From a virus (Duplodnaviria; Caudoviricetes): a stretch of 64,000 nt of DNA. Made by a program: the position numbers and the translations under genes. The stretch's first letter is position 1; each line of letters starts with the position of its first letter. Positions 18,223 to 27,905 of the stretch are shown here, piece by piece. The stretch is from IMG/VR virus record IMGVR_UViG_3300003316_000301, positions 91,980 through 155,979 of that record; one strand, given 5' to 3'. Under the pieces are notes generated by a model. The model worked only from the letters and a program-made list of their open reading frames with translations. It searched no databases and had not been told where the DNA came from.

Positions 18223-18832
18223 GGTGGATCGCCTTCAGGCCGACGAAGACCGCGTCCCGCACGTGCTCCGTCCACGCACCGGTGCCCTTCTCGTGCCAGG
18301 TCACCAGGGATTCCACGACGTCGCTGGAGACCTTCTTCGTGGCCCCCTTGTCCCCACAGAGGGCCGCAGCGGCCGAGGTGCGGGAGACGAACGTGGGCCA
18401 CGGCTTGCCGATCCGGTCCAGTTCGATACAGATCGTCACGGCGGCCACGAGAGAGGACTCCGTGCGGTACCCGGTGACCGACGGCAGTTCGATGACCACT
18501 TCGTCGTACGAGTACAGATGATCTCCGAGCAGCGTCCTGAGCCGCCGGGCCAGAACCACGGCCTTGGTGAAGGTCCCCTCGAAGCCCTTGGTGTCCACCT
18601 GGGGCGGCCGGATCGTGCCGGAGTGGGCCACGTGGATCTGGTTGCGGGTGCCCAGCAGGGCCCAGCCGCAGTTGTTCAGGGCCTGGTCAAAGCACAGGAC
18701 CTTGCGGTCCGGCTCGAAGTCGTCCGGCAACGGGGGGCGCCAGTCCTTGGCGGGCTGGACCTTCCGCGCTCTGGCGGCCTCTTCCTTGATCCGCCGGAGG
18801 ATCTCCTCCGGCAGCATGCTCGTCACGCTCAT
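18215..18832 (-). CDS. RuvC-like Holliday junction resolvase
   Basis: VLCFDQALNNCGWA, VVIELP, ATKK, HVRDAVFVG. Confidence 0.75.
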   Translation of the reverse strand: MSVTSMLPEEILRRIKEEAARARKVQPAKDWRPPLPDDFEPDRKVLCFDQALNNCGWALLGTRNQIHVAHSGTIRPPQVDTKGFEGTFTKAVVLARRLRTLLGDHLYSYDEVVIELPSVTGYRTESSLVAAVTICIELDRIGKPWPTFVSRTSAAAALCGDKGATKKVSSDVVESLVTWHEKGTGAWTEHVRDAVFVGLKAIHRV

Positions 18833-18849
18833 GGTCTCTCCTGGCGGGA

Positions 18850-19695
18850 TCAGATGGTTCGGATGGTGCAGCCCGTGGCGGCGCAGGAACCGGCCTCAGG
18901 GCTCCGTACGGCGCAGCAGGGCTCCGGCATGTAGCCGGTGTCGGCCCAGCTCCTCACGCGGCGGTACTTGGCCTCTAGGGCCAGCACGTACGCGGCGTCG
19001 TACTCGACGTGGATCTCCTTCATGACCCAGGGGAAGCCCATGCCGATGAACAGCATGATCATCATCCGGAGGCCGGAGAGGGCCATGTACTCCTGCATCT
19101 GGCCGTAGTAGTACGGGTGCTTGGTCTTCAGCCACTCCAGCGCCTTCTCGCTGGTCGGCCCGTCCGGGATCTTGGCGGCCGAGAAGTGGTTGATGGTCTT
19201 GATGTCCAGGCCGGTCATGCCGAGGGACGGGGTGAGCACCACGCCGTCCATGTGGCCCCGGCGCTTCAGTTCGTGGTCGACGACCCCCGGCTCCCCGCAC
19301 TGGCCCTCCTTGGGGCCGTACGGGCGCGAACAGGCCGGGCAGGTCCCCTGGGGGATCTGCCAGATCCGGAGGTCCCTGAGGGCCATCTGGACGATCTCGT
19401 GCTCCAGGGTGCCCACGGTGACCGACATGCGGCCCTCGTAGCTCCAGGGCTCCGGCTCCCACCGGTCCGGCTGGGTGAGGTACAGGTAGAGCTTGCGCTC
19501 CGGCATGGTCGGGTGGGTGGAGGGCCAGAACCAGTCGTTGGGCTCCCGGTCGGGATCCCCGCCCTCCAGCCGGATCATCGTGTTTCGGGGGAACCGGCCC
19601 TCGGCGATGTAGAGACGCACCAGCGGCGCGAGGACGTAGCCGCTTGCGGCGGCAGCCCCCTCGCGCCGCATAGCGGCTTCAGGATCGAAGCTCAT
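18850..19695 (-). CDS. Cas4-like PD-(D/E)XK exonuclease
   Basis: GHMDG, LDIKT, GQMQEYM, C-terminal Cys cluster. Confidence 0.75.
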   Translation of the reverse strand: MSFDPEAAMRREGAAAASGYVLAPLVRLYIAEGRFPRNTMIRLEGGDPDREPNDWFWPSTHPTMPERKLYLYLTQPDRWEPEPWSYEGRMSVTVGTLEHEIVQMALRDLRIWQIPQGTCPACSRPYGPKEGQCGEPGVVDHELKRRGHMDGVVLTPSLGMTGLDIKTINHFSAAKIPDGPTSEKALEWLKTKHPYYYGQMQEYMALSGLRMMIMLFIGMGFPWVMKEIHVEYDAAYVLALEAKYRRVRSWADTGYMPEPCCAVRSPEAGSCAATGCTIRTI

Positions 19696-20129
19696 CGGCA
19701 GCAGTCACAGCCCTGGGTCATCGTCAGCTCGATCTTCTTGCTGGCGATCCTCTCGCTCAACTCCTGCTGGGCCTGCCACTTCCGGGCGTCCGCGAGGACC
19801 TCGGCAAAGAACCGGGAGTCCACCACGGTCAGGTCGGTGTCGACCTTGCGGAGCGTCTCGTCCGCGTAGAAGCGCAGGTGCAGCGAGGGCTCCATGCCCT
19901 GGAAGGTCTGCTCCCTGGCCTTGGCCCACATGTCCCGGGTGATGCCGATGGACTTGCCCAGGGTGGACTTGCCGTCCCCGGCCATGGCGTACGGGACGGC
20001 CGGGTCGTTCACCACGTCCATCTGGTTGTGCCACTGGTTGCCGGAACCCTTCTGGACGCGGCCCTTCAGCCACTCGGCGATGTCCGCCTCATGCGCGTCG
20101 CCCATCTGCTGGTTCAACGTCCTCGGCAT
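19692..20129 (-). CDS. Hjc-like PD-(D/E)XK endonuclease/resolvase
   Basis: G..HE..IA...G....GSG......D......DGKST. Confidence 0.65.
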   Translation of the reverse strand: MPRTLNQQMGDAHEADIAEWLKGRVQKGSGNQWHNQMDVVNDPAVPYAMAGDGKSTLGKSIGITRDMWAKAREQTFQGMEPSLHLRFYADETLRKVDTDLTVVDSRFFAEVLADARKWQAQQELSERIASKKIELTMTQGCDCCR

Positions 20130-20496
20130 CCTGATCCTCCCACAGCTTGTTCTTGACGGTCTCGCAGTAGACCGCGATGTGCAGCAGCCCGGCCGGACCT
20201 GCCTCGGGCCAGATCAGTACGCGCTCGCCGGGGTGGATGACCCGGCCGTGGCAGATGCAGCGCTTGGAGATCTCGGGGATCTCCGGGTCGTAGTCCCGCC
20301 ACTCCGGCACGAGGCCCTCCCAGGCCCGCCGGGGGCGGTCCTTGCGCCAGTTATGACGCAGGACCTGTCGCCGGTAGAGCCTCCAGCCCCCGGCGACCAC
20401 CAGCGCGGCCATCAGGCCGGTGAGGACGCCGAAGAGGAAGGAGGTGACCTGGAAGAACCAGGTCAGGAAGTCGAGGAACGCGAAGAAGTCATCCAT
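20089..20496 (-). CDS. membrane protein
   Basis: N-terminal hydrophobic helix. Confidence 0.6.
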   Translation of the reverse strand: MDDFFAFLDFLTWFFQVTSFLFGVLTGLMAALVVAGGWRLYRRQVLRHNWRKDRPRRAWEGLVPEWRDYDPEIPEISKRCICHGRVIHPGERVLIWPEAGPAGLLHIAVYCETVKNKLWEDQDAEDVEPADGRRA

Positions 20497-20535
20497 GGGG
20501 ACCCCCGGGATTTGCTGTGGTGTGCATCACTCCTA

Positions 20536-21621
20536 TCACCCCCGCCGGAACTCGATGGAGGCCTCGGGGGTCAGCTCACCGGCGATCGACTCCAGGGACT
20601 TGGCCCGGACGGCCTCCAGGGCCTTGGGGTCGTCCCGCAGGCGCCTGATGGCTGCGGCCTTGCCGTTCTCCTTGGTGCCGTCGGGGAAGACCCAGTAGTG
20701 GCCGTTGCCCTTCACCAGAGCCTCGGTCTTCACGCCGACGTCGAAGGCCTCGGCGGCCACGTCGATGCCCGCCGGGTTGCCGTCGAACTCGACCTTGTTG
20801 AACCAGAACTTCGCGATCCCTCCGGCCGTACGGAGCTTGCTGCGCTCCACGCGGGCGGTGACCGTGTGGGCGACCTCGATCTCCTGGCCGTCGCTGTCCT
20901 TGATCTTGGTCGTGTCCTCGGCGCCGAAGCCTCGGCGCATGACCACGGAGTCCGTGGTGGTGTAGCCCATGATCATGGGACCGGCCGCCTTGTCCCCGCC
21001 CATGGCGAAGTCCGTGCGGTACTGGTTCACCAGGATCGTGCCGGTGTTGGAGTCGTTGCCGATCACCGCAACCTGCTTGCACAGGCGGGAGATGACCTGG
21101 GCGTTCTTGCCCATGTCGCTCTCCTCGGCGCCCTTCTCGTACATGGCCTCCGCGCGCTCCATGGAGCCGATGGAGTCCACGCCGACGAGGGAGAACAGCT
21201 CCGAGCGGAGCATGTCCCGCAGGATGTCCGAGACCTCCTCGGAGGACTGCGGCTTGACGTACAGCAGGCGCTTCTTGCTGACATCGATCCCCATGGCCTG
21301 CGCCCGCTCCCAGGTCCAGGTGCGCTCCATGTCGATGTAGCCGACCTGGAGGTCCGGGTACTCCTTCTGGGCGTTGGCGAGGCCGATCATCACCATGGCC
21401 GTCTTGCAGCAGCCCGGCTTGCCGATGACCTGGTGCATGCGTCCACGGGCCCAGCCACCTCCCAGAGCGACGTCCAGCCCCGCGACGCCCGTCGGGACGT
21501 ACAGGATCTCCTCGGCCGTCTCGTGGCGCTCCACGCGGTCTCCGTAGCGCTTCTCCATCTGGGCCCGGAAGGCATCCAGGGAGGACGGCGGAGAGTAGGC
21601 CTTCTTGGTCTTCGGGGGCAT
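20536..21621 (-). CDS. recA: RecA-like recombinase
   Basis: PTG..GLDVALGGGWARGR, Walker A GKPGCCKT, YIDME, VDSIG, LVNQYR. Confidence 0.9.
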   Translation of the reverse strand: MPPKTKKAYSPPSSLDAFRAQMEKRYGDRVERHETAEEILYVPTGVAGLDVALGGGWARGRMHQVIGKPGCCKTAMVMIGLANAQKEYPDLQVGYIDMERTWTWERAQAMGIDVSKKRLLYVKPQSSEEVSDILRDMLRSELFSLVGVDSIGSMERAEAMYEKGAEESDMGKNAQVISRLCKQVAVIGNDSNTGTILVNQYRTDFAMGGDKAAGPMIMGYTTTDSVVMRRGFGAEDTTKIKDSDGQEIEVAHTVTARVERSKLRTAGGIAKFWFNKVEFDGNPAGIDVAAEAFDVGVKTEALVKGNGHYWVFPDGTKENGKAAAIRRLRDDPKALEAVRAKSLESIAGELTPEASIEFRRG

Positions 21622-21629
21622 CGGATCTC

Positions 21630-22019
21630 CTACTGGTTCCGGGCGTTGCCGAGGGTCTGGCTGTTGCCGAACCTGGTGTCGTGACTGACCTGGGCCGGAC
21701 CCCGGTACTCCAGGGCGCTGGCCGTCTGCGTGGTCCCGGTGGGCTCGGCGTCGCCCAGGAACACCTGGACGTACTCCTCCGGGCTGCTCGCGATGTTCCT
21801 GCGCTGGCCGTCGATCTCCAGCGAGGTGGCGGACTGGACCCACTGCCCCCGGAAGAGCCGGTAGGTGCAGGTCATGCGGACACGGTCGTTCTCGTGCTCC
21901 AGCACGAGGTGGATCCCCCGGCGGACCACCGTGGGCTCCACCGAGGTGTGCTCGGTCAGGAAGTCCCGGAGGATCCGGATGAAGGGCGGGACGTGCTCTG
22001 GTCGCACGGGTGAGGACAT
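21630..22019 (-). CDS. hypothetical protein
   Basis: AAGGAG RBS; operon position. Confidence 0.7.
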   Translation of the reverse strand: MSSPVRPEHVPPFIRILRDFLTEHTSVEPTVVRRGIHLVLEHENDRVRMTCTYRLFRGQWVQSATSLEIDGQRRNIASSPEEYVQVFLGDAEPTGTTQTASALEYRGPAQVSHDTRFGNSQTLGNARNQ

Positions 22020-22031
22020 GGCGGGATCTCC

Positions 22032-25000
22032 TTACACAGGGAGGTATTCCTGCACGATGTAGCCCTTGTCGTCGGCCTGCTTCTCCAGGACGACCAGACA
22101 GAGCTGACCCTCGTGCATACCGGTCTTGATCTCGGCCCACTTCCGGGGGAAGCAGACGGCCTCCACGGTGGACAGCTCGGTGTCCAGGTTCAGGAAGGCC
22201 ATCTCGTCCCCGCTGGCGCGGGTCTTGGTCTTGCGGATGCCCATCAGGATCGCGGCGACCGTGTACATCCGACCCGCGTCCCCCTCAGGCATCTCCTCAG
22301 CGTCTCCCAGCAGGCGCTGCCGGTCGACCGGGTCGAGCCGGTCGAACGGGGTCGACGAGAGGAACACCCCGAGCAACTCGTGCTCGATCGCCCGGATCGT
22401 CTCGTCGTCGTACGGCTCCACGGAGCCCAGGTCCAGCGGGGGCCGGGGCGTGTACTGGCGGCAGGCCTTGGTGCAGCGCTTCGGCGGGGGCTTCCTGGGG
22501 AGGACCTTGAGGGTCCTCGGGTTGACCGGCGGCTCCTCGGTGCTCCAGTCGAACCCGCAGCCCGCCGGTGCGCCCTCGTGGCAGGTGCCGGAGCCGAGGT
22601 GGACGCACTTCGCGTCCTCCTTGCTCTTGCGCATCTCCAGCAGGCGCACCAAGCCCGCGCGATGGGGCTCCAGCGAGTCCATGGCGCCGACCTTGGCCAG
22701 CAGCATCTGGATGCCCGCGTTGGCACCGGAGCCCTTCTGGGTCACGTACTCGTCGAAGGCCTCCCAGGAGGCGTACGGCTGCCCGGCGATCAGGTAGTCG
22801 ACGGCGGCCTCGCCGATGCCGTTGATCGCGTCCAGCCCGTAGCGGACGGCCAGCGGCTCGGCCTGGAAGCCCTTGCGGGAGGCGTTGATGTCCGGCGGGA
22901 GCACGGTGTACCCGTTGCGGCGCACCTCCTTGATGAACTCCGGGATCCGCTTCTGGTCGATCGTGCTCAGGGCGGCCGTGAAGAACTCCACCGGGTAGTG
23001 GAACTTCAGCCAGGCCGTCCAGTACGCGAGGACTGCGTAGGCGTACGCGTGGGCCTTGCCGAACGAGTACTTGGCGAACTCGGCCATCTGGTCCCACAGA
23101 TGCTGGGCGGCCTCGCGCTCCATGCCGTTGGCCACGGCCCGGGTGACGAACTCCTGGCCTGCCGGACCGATCTTCTCGATCTTCTTCTTGCCGAGGATCT
23201 TGCGGACCTCGTCGGCCTCGTCGGAGGTGTAGCCGCCCAGGACGATGCAGGCGGACATGATCTGCTCCTGGTAGATCATGCAGCCCCAGGTGGGACCGAG
23301 GATCTCCTCCATGCGGGGGTCGGGGTAGCTCACCGGCTCCAGCCCGGCCCGCCGCTTCAGGTACAGCTCGGTCAGGCCGGAGCGCATGGGGCCCGGCCGC
23401 ACCAGGGTGATCATGTCGCACAGCTCGGCCAGCGTGAGCGGGCCCATGCGCTGGCACAGCCGGGTACCGGCGTGCGTCTCGATCTGGAAGATCCCGAGGG
23501 TCTTGGCCGCCGCGACCTCTTCCCAGACCTGCGGGTCCTGGTACTCCTCCTGCCAGTCGTAGACGTCCACCGAGACGTCCCGGATCTCCTTGACCAGGTC
23601 CACCGTCCATTGGACTGTGTCCAAAGTTCGAATGGTGAGGATGTCGAACTTCACCAGGCCCATGGACTCCAGCGCGTTCATGTCGAACTGGGTGACCATC
23701 CGGCCGTCCTCGCCGCCCATGAGCGGGAGCCAGCCGGTCAGGGCCCGGTCCGTGGAGATCACGACACCGGCCGCGTGCTTGCCGTAGCTCTTCAGGCGTC
23801 CCTGGAGCCGGTCCGCCATGGAGAACAGTTCGGGGTACTTCTCCCGGTAGGGCTGGAGGTCGTCACCGAACTGGGCCCACAGGTCCTCCCAGGCCATGCC
23901 GAGACCGGCCTTGTCCGACTCCGCCAGCTTCACAATGTCGGCGACCTTCGCCATGTCCTTGTGGACCTCTGCACGGCGCTCTGCGAGCCTCTCCCGGGCC
24001 CGGCCGATGGCGGAGTCCACCCCGGACTCCAGAGCCTCGTCCAGGGCCGCCTGCTCCTTGGCGACCATCACAGACATCATCGAGCGCGTGAGGTCCTTGA
24101 CGATGCCCTTGGACTTCAGGCGCAGGTGCGTGCCGATCTGGACCACGAAGTCGGCCCCGTAGGTGTCGGCCAGGTACCCGAGGATCTTCTCCTTCATGGA
24201 CGCCGGGAAGTCGACGTCGAAGTCCGGCAGGGAGGTCCGGCCCTCGGTCATGAAACGCTCGAAGGGAAGGTCTCCCTCCACCGGGTCGATCTCGGTGATC
24301 CCGCACAGGTACGCGACCAGGGAGCCGCCGCCGGAGCCGCGTCCCGGACCCACGAGGATGCCCTCCTCCTTGGCCCACCGGCAGTAGTCGGCGACCATCA
24401 GGAAGTACCCGCAGAAGTCCTTCTGCTTGAGCAGGGCGAACTCCCGCTCGAAGCGGGCCATGTAGTCCTCGGACCGGCCTTTGGTCTCTACCTTGGACCA
24501 GCTCGCCAGACAGACGTCCAGGAGACGTTCCGTGTCCCTCTTGTGGCCGCCCTTCTTAGAGAAGACCGGAGGTTCGGGTTTGCCCCCGATCCGCGCGTCC
24601 GTACGGGTGACAAGGTCGAGCGTGTTGCCGACCGCCTCTTCGACCGCTTCAGGACCGAGGTAGGCCAGCCCGCGCCGGACGTCCTCCTCTGTCTGCATGT
24701 AGAGATCAAGGTTGACTGCGAAGAGGTCTCCCTCGTCGGCGACGTCCTTGTCCGTCTGGACGGCGATCCAAGCCTGATGAGCATCATGGTCAGTCTGCTG
24801 GGGGTAGTGGGAGTCGACCGTGGCCATGAGGGGGACCCCGAACTCCTTCCCCAGACGGACCATCGCCTCATTGACCTTGCGCTGCTCTGCGAGCGCATTG
24901 GGCTGCACCTCCAGGTAGAAACGGTCCCCGAAGATGTCCAGGAGCTTGGCCAGGTTCGTCCGGGCCAGCCCCTCGTCGTCGTTGAGGACCGGGACGGCCA

Positions 25001-25826
25001 GGGGGCCACGGAGGCAGCCGGAGGCCGCCATGATGCCCGTGGAGTGCCTCCGGAGGGTGTCCCAGTCCATCCGGGGCTTCTTGTCGTACATGCCGTCGCG
25101 GAAGGACTCCGTGGACATGGCCCAGAGGTTGTGGAGCCCCTCGTCGTCCATGGCCCACAGAATCAGGTGGTGGTACCCGTACCGGATCTCCCTGTTCTGC
25201 TCGGGGGTGTTGTCCGGCGAAGAGCGGGCGAAGCGGTCGTCCTGGAAGTACGCCTCGATGCCGAAGACCGGCTTGATCCCGGCCTTGTCGCACTCGGCCT
25301 GAAGCTCGGGGTGGCCGGAGACTCGTCCGTGGTCGGTCAGGGCCAGGCCGGGCTGGCCGTCGGCCACCGCCTGGGCCACCAGTTCGGAGACGGTGCTCAG
25401 GCCGTCCAGGGAGGAGTACTCCGCGTGGGTGTGGCCGTGCACGAAGCCGGTACGGGCCAGGGTCTGCCGGGGGATCACCAGTCCCCCGCGCGGGGCCGCG
25501 TAGACCTCGGAGTAGTCGGGTACGTGGTCGAACAGGGACCACGAGGACCGGGGGATGACGTAGTTGGGCCGACGCTCCTCGCGGTCCTCCGCGAAGCGCT
25601 CGGCCGTCATCGCACGGATTTTAAAATCGGAAGGGGAGATGATCCCCACGGCACCGGCGGCACTCGCGCGGGCCCACAGGGGTCCGTAGACCTCGTCGGC
25701 CGAGTGGTGCAGCAGCCAGCGCATGCCGTCCTCGGTGCTCTCCACGAGGCAGACGGCAGGGTACGTACGGCCCTCCAGGACGATCGTGTCCTGGCGATCG
25801 GCCATGTACGACTCGATCAGTTGCAC
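22032..25826 (-). CDS. dnaE: DNA polymerase III alpha subunit
   Basis: PHP HTHAEYSSLDG and TDHG, GPGRGSGGGSL, PDFDVDF, KHAAGVV, KFDIL, YSFGKAH; GTG 25826 with AGGAGG RBS. Confidence 0.95.
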   Translation of the reverse strand: MQLIESYMADRQDTIVLEGRTYPAVCLVESTEDGMRWLLHHSADEVYGPLWARASAAGAVGIISPSDFKIRAMTAERFAEDREERRPNYVIPRSSWSLFDHVPDYSEVYAAPRGGLVIPRQTLARTGFVHGHTHAEYSSLDGLSTVSELVAQAVADGQPGLALTDHGRVSGHPELQAECDKAGIKPVFGIEAYFQDDRFARSSPDNTPEQNREIRYGYHHLILWAMDDEGLHNLWAMSTESFRDGMYDKKPRMDWDTLRRHSTGIMAASGCLRGPLAVPVLNDDEGLARTNLAKLLDIFGDRFYLEVQPNALAEQRKVNEAMVRLGKEFGVPLMATVDSHYPQQTDHDAHQAWIAVQTDKDVADEGDLFAVNLDLYMQTEEDVRRGLAYLGPEAVEEAVGNTLDLVTRTDARIGGKPEPPVFSKKGGHKRDTERLLDVCLASWSKVETKGRSEDYMARFEREFALLKQKDFCGYFLMVADYCRWAKEEGILVGPGRGSGGGSLVAYLCGITEIDPVEGDLPFERFMTEGRTSLPDFDVDFPASMKEKILGYLADTYGADFVVQIGTHLRLKSKGIVKDLTRSMMSVMVAKEQAALDEALESGVDSAIGRARERLAERRAEVHKDMAKVADIVKLAESDKAGLGMAWEDLWAQFGDDLQPYREKYPELFSMADRLQGRLKSYGKHAAGVVISTDRALTGWLPLMGGEDGRMVTQFDMNALESMGLVKFDILTIRTLDTVQWTVDLVKEIRDVSVDVYDWQEEYQDPQVWEEVAAAKTLGIFQIETHAGTRLCQRMGPLTLAELCDMITLVRPGPMRSGLTELYLKRRAGLEPVSYPDPRMEEILGPTWGCMIYQEQIMSACIVLGGYTSDEADEVRKILGKKKIEKIGPAGQEFVTRAVANGMEREAAQHLWDQMAEFAKYSFGKAHAYAYAVLAYWTAWLKFHYPVEFFTAALSTIDQKRIPEFIKEVRRNGYTVLPPDINASRKGFQAEPLAVRYGLDAINGIGEAAVDYLIAGQPYASWEAFDEYVTQKGSGANAGIQMLLAKVGAMDSLEPHRAGLVRLLEMRKSKEDAKCVHLGSGTCHEGAPAGCGFDWSTEEPPVNPRTLKVLPRKPPPKRCTKACRQYTPRPPLDLGSVEPYDDETIRAIEHELLGVFLSSTPFDRLDPVDRQRLLGDAEEMPEGDAGRMYTVAAILMGIRKTKTRASGDEMAFLNLDTELSTVEAVCFPRKWAEIKTGMHEGQLCLVVLEKQADDKGYIVQEYLPV

Positions 25827-25850
25827 AGGTCCTCCTGCTGGCGGGATCAA

Positions 25851-25905
25851 GACAGCCACCCGCGCCTCAACCGGGGCCCAAGGCAACCCGGCGCGGGTGG
25901 CTGTC
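25851..25905 (-). terminator. long hairpin between ssb and dnaE
   Basis: 16-bp perfect stem GACAGCCACCCGCGCC/GGCGCGGGTGGCTGTC. Confidence 0.6.
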
Positions 25906-25929
25906 GTTCAGTGGGTCGTGGTCAGAGAC

Positions 25930-26883
25930 CTACGACCGGGTGATCCGCGCCTTCATGGCGGCCAGGGCGTCCGCGTTGGGCGTCGCCGGGGCGCTGCCCG
26001 AGGGGGTGCCGCCGGAGCCGCCCGAGGACTTGCCCGAACCCTTCGCGGCCGGGACCAGCTCGCCGGTCTCGCGGCGGACGTCCACCGAGGCGAAGCCGTC
26101 CTCCTCCAGGAAGAACTTCTTGTAGTAGTCGTCGGTGGTCTTCGAGTAGATCATCGTCGCCAGCTTGATGCCGAACGCGTCCACCGCGAGCTGGTAGAAC
26201 TCCCAGTGGTCGGTGCCCGGGAGGATGTCGGGGTCCTTGTCCAGCGGGAAGACCTGGTAGATCGTGCCGGTGCCCGAGGGGTTCTTGACGCGCTTGATGC
26301 GGTAGTCCCGGTCCATCAGCGTGTCGTACGACTCGCCGCAGGACTTCAGCGAGTTCATGAGCATGTACATCGTGTTCGAGACGATCACGATGGACGGGAC
26401 GGAGACCTTCTCCTCGGTCGGCTTGCCGTCCTCGCCGAGGACCGGGATCTCGACCATCTTGTCCCGGTAGGCCTTGCGGCCGGTCGTCTCGTCCTTGTAC
26501 GCCTCGCGCTCGACCGCCAGGGTGTAGCGCAGGTCGTCGCCCTTGTTCTCCTTGCCGTACTTGTTCTTGTACCCGGACTGGCACAGCGGGCAGCCCTCGG
26601 GGTACAGGTGCGCGAACGCGGGCTCCTGGCGGCAGGTGGCGGGCATCGCCGACGGCCACTTGCCCTCGTAGTCGGCGGGCTCGGCCTTGGTCGGGAAGAA
26701 GCGGTGGGTGCGGGCGCGGTACCAGTCGGCGGACTCGCTCAGAAAGCGGAGGATCGCCTCCTCGCCCTCCTTGAGGTCCCAGTGCGGCTCCTTGCGGAAG
26801 CCGCCTCCGGCACCACGGTTCTCGTCCTCGTCGTCGCCACGGCGCAGTGCGGCCTCGGGGTCGAAGTCGGGCGCGATCGTCAT
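25930..26883 (-). CDS. gp32-like single-stranded DNA-binding protein
   Basis: AILRFL, H..F, C...CPLC zinc site, DY.IKR..G.GT.Y, flexible C-tail; sits in the replication cluster. Confidence 0.7.
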   Translation of the reverse strand: MTIAPDFDPEAALRRGDDEDENRGAGGGFRKEPHWDLKEGEEAILRFLSESADWYRARTHRFFPTKAEPADYEGKWPSAMPATCRQEPAFAHLYPEGCPLCQSGYKNKYGKENKGDDLRYTLAVEREAYKDETTGRKAYRDKMVEIPVLGEDGKPTEEKVSVPSIVIVSNTMYMLMNSLKSCGESYDTLMDRDYRIKRVKNPSGTGTIYQVFPLDKDPDILPGTDHWEFYQLAVDAFGIKLATMIYSKTTDDYYKKFFLEEDGFASVDVRRETGELVPAAKGSGKSSGGSGGTPSGSAPATPNADALAAMKARITRS

Positions 26884-26910
26884 GTGGTCTCCTCGTGAGA
26901 CAGGGAATGA

Positions 26911-27756
26911 TCAGGAACTGAGGGAACTGAGGAACTCGGTGAACGCCTGGCGGGCGATCTCCGAACTGGGCTCGATCTCCGTGGAGAAGAACAGCACCGG
27001 CCTCTCGCGGACGTAGTCCATCATGAACGGCTGGTCTGACACCGACGTCACGCCGATGCCCATCTCCGGGTACGAGCCCTGTCGTGCGGCTTCGACCGCC
27101 AGGAGGCTCTGCCACTGCCGGAGGGTGTCCTCGTCCTGGACGAAGCTCTTGGTCCTCCAGGCGTAGTAGCTGTAGTCCCAGCTCTCTGCCTTTCGACGCC
27201 TCTGATCTTGCCGGAAGGCCTTGACGCTGTCAACCTCTTCTTCGTCGAGACTGACGTACCCCCAGTCTTCCAGCACATCGTCCGAGGTCACGGGCTGTCC
27301 GAGGCGCTGAGAGCGCTCGGCGGCCTCCCGGTGAGCCCGGCGCTTGAGGTCCTCCTCGGTGTAGTCGTCGAGGAAGACCTCACCCTTCTTGGTGCGGTCG
27401 TACGCCTCCCGGGTGACCGGGTCCAGGAGCTGCTTGAAGACGTACGTGAGCCGGGTGGAGGACTGGCCGTCCAGGGCCACATAGGCCTCCCGCAGCTCCT
27501 TCTTGGTGGCCCGCCAGTCCACCCCCAGCTCCCGGTAGTAGCCGTTCACGTCGTGGCAGACGCGCTCGACCGGCACCAGGGACATGGAGGTAGACCAGCG
27601 GTCCGGACCCCAGCCCAGACGGGCGGGGCGCTCGTAGCAGAGCACCTCGCCCGCGTCCTGCCCCTTGCGCATGGCCTCCACGGTCTCGGCCGTCGGCAGC
27701 ACCTCGGCGTACTGGCCGAGGATGCCCGCCAGGTCCAGGTCGGGTCGGGCGCCCAT
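26911..27756 (-). CDS. DnaJ-like (J-domain) protein lacking HPD
   Basis: YYRELGV...AT.KELREAY ... L.DP..R.AYD. Confidence 0.7.
   Translation of the reverse strand: MGARPDLDLAGILGQYAEVLPTAETVEAMRKGQDAGEVLCYERPARLGWGPDRWSTSMSLVPVERVCHDVNGYYRELGVDWRATKKELREAYVALDGQSSTRLTYVFKQLLDPVTREAYDRTKKGEVFLDDYTEEDLKRRAHREAAERSQRLGQPVTSDDVLEDWGYVSLDEEEVDSVKAFRQDQRRRKAESWDYSYYAWRTKSFVQDEDTLRQWQSLLAVEAARQGSYPEMGIGVTSVSDQPFMMDYVRERPVLFFSTEIEPSSEIARQAFTEFLSSLSS
27205..27233 (-). promoter_or_regulatory. internal promoter TTGACA-N17-CAAGAT with TTGAC-N3-GTCAA palindrome, upstream of ssb
   Basis: TTGACGCTGTCAA at 27221-27233 is identical to 5023-5035. Confidence 0.55.
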
Positions 27757-27896
27757 CAGTCCTCCGTGGGTTCCTCGCCCTCCCGCTCGATGTCCCGGAC
27801 GTCCTGCCGGGTGAGCGGGGTGGCTGACGCGATCTTGCGGACGGTCTCGCCGTCCTCAGTGATGACCTGGCCGGTGCCGGTCTTCTGAAGGGCCAC
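27756..27896 (-). CDS. small acidic hypothetical protein (46 aa, not in ORF track)
   Basis: GTG with AGGAGG RBS, MALQKTGTGQVITEDG..., TGATG coupling to the next gene. Confidence 0.65.
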   Translation of the reverse strand: MALQKTGTGQVITEDGETVRKIASATPLTRQDVRDIEREGEEPTED

Positions 27897-27905
27897 AGGG
27901 GCCTC

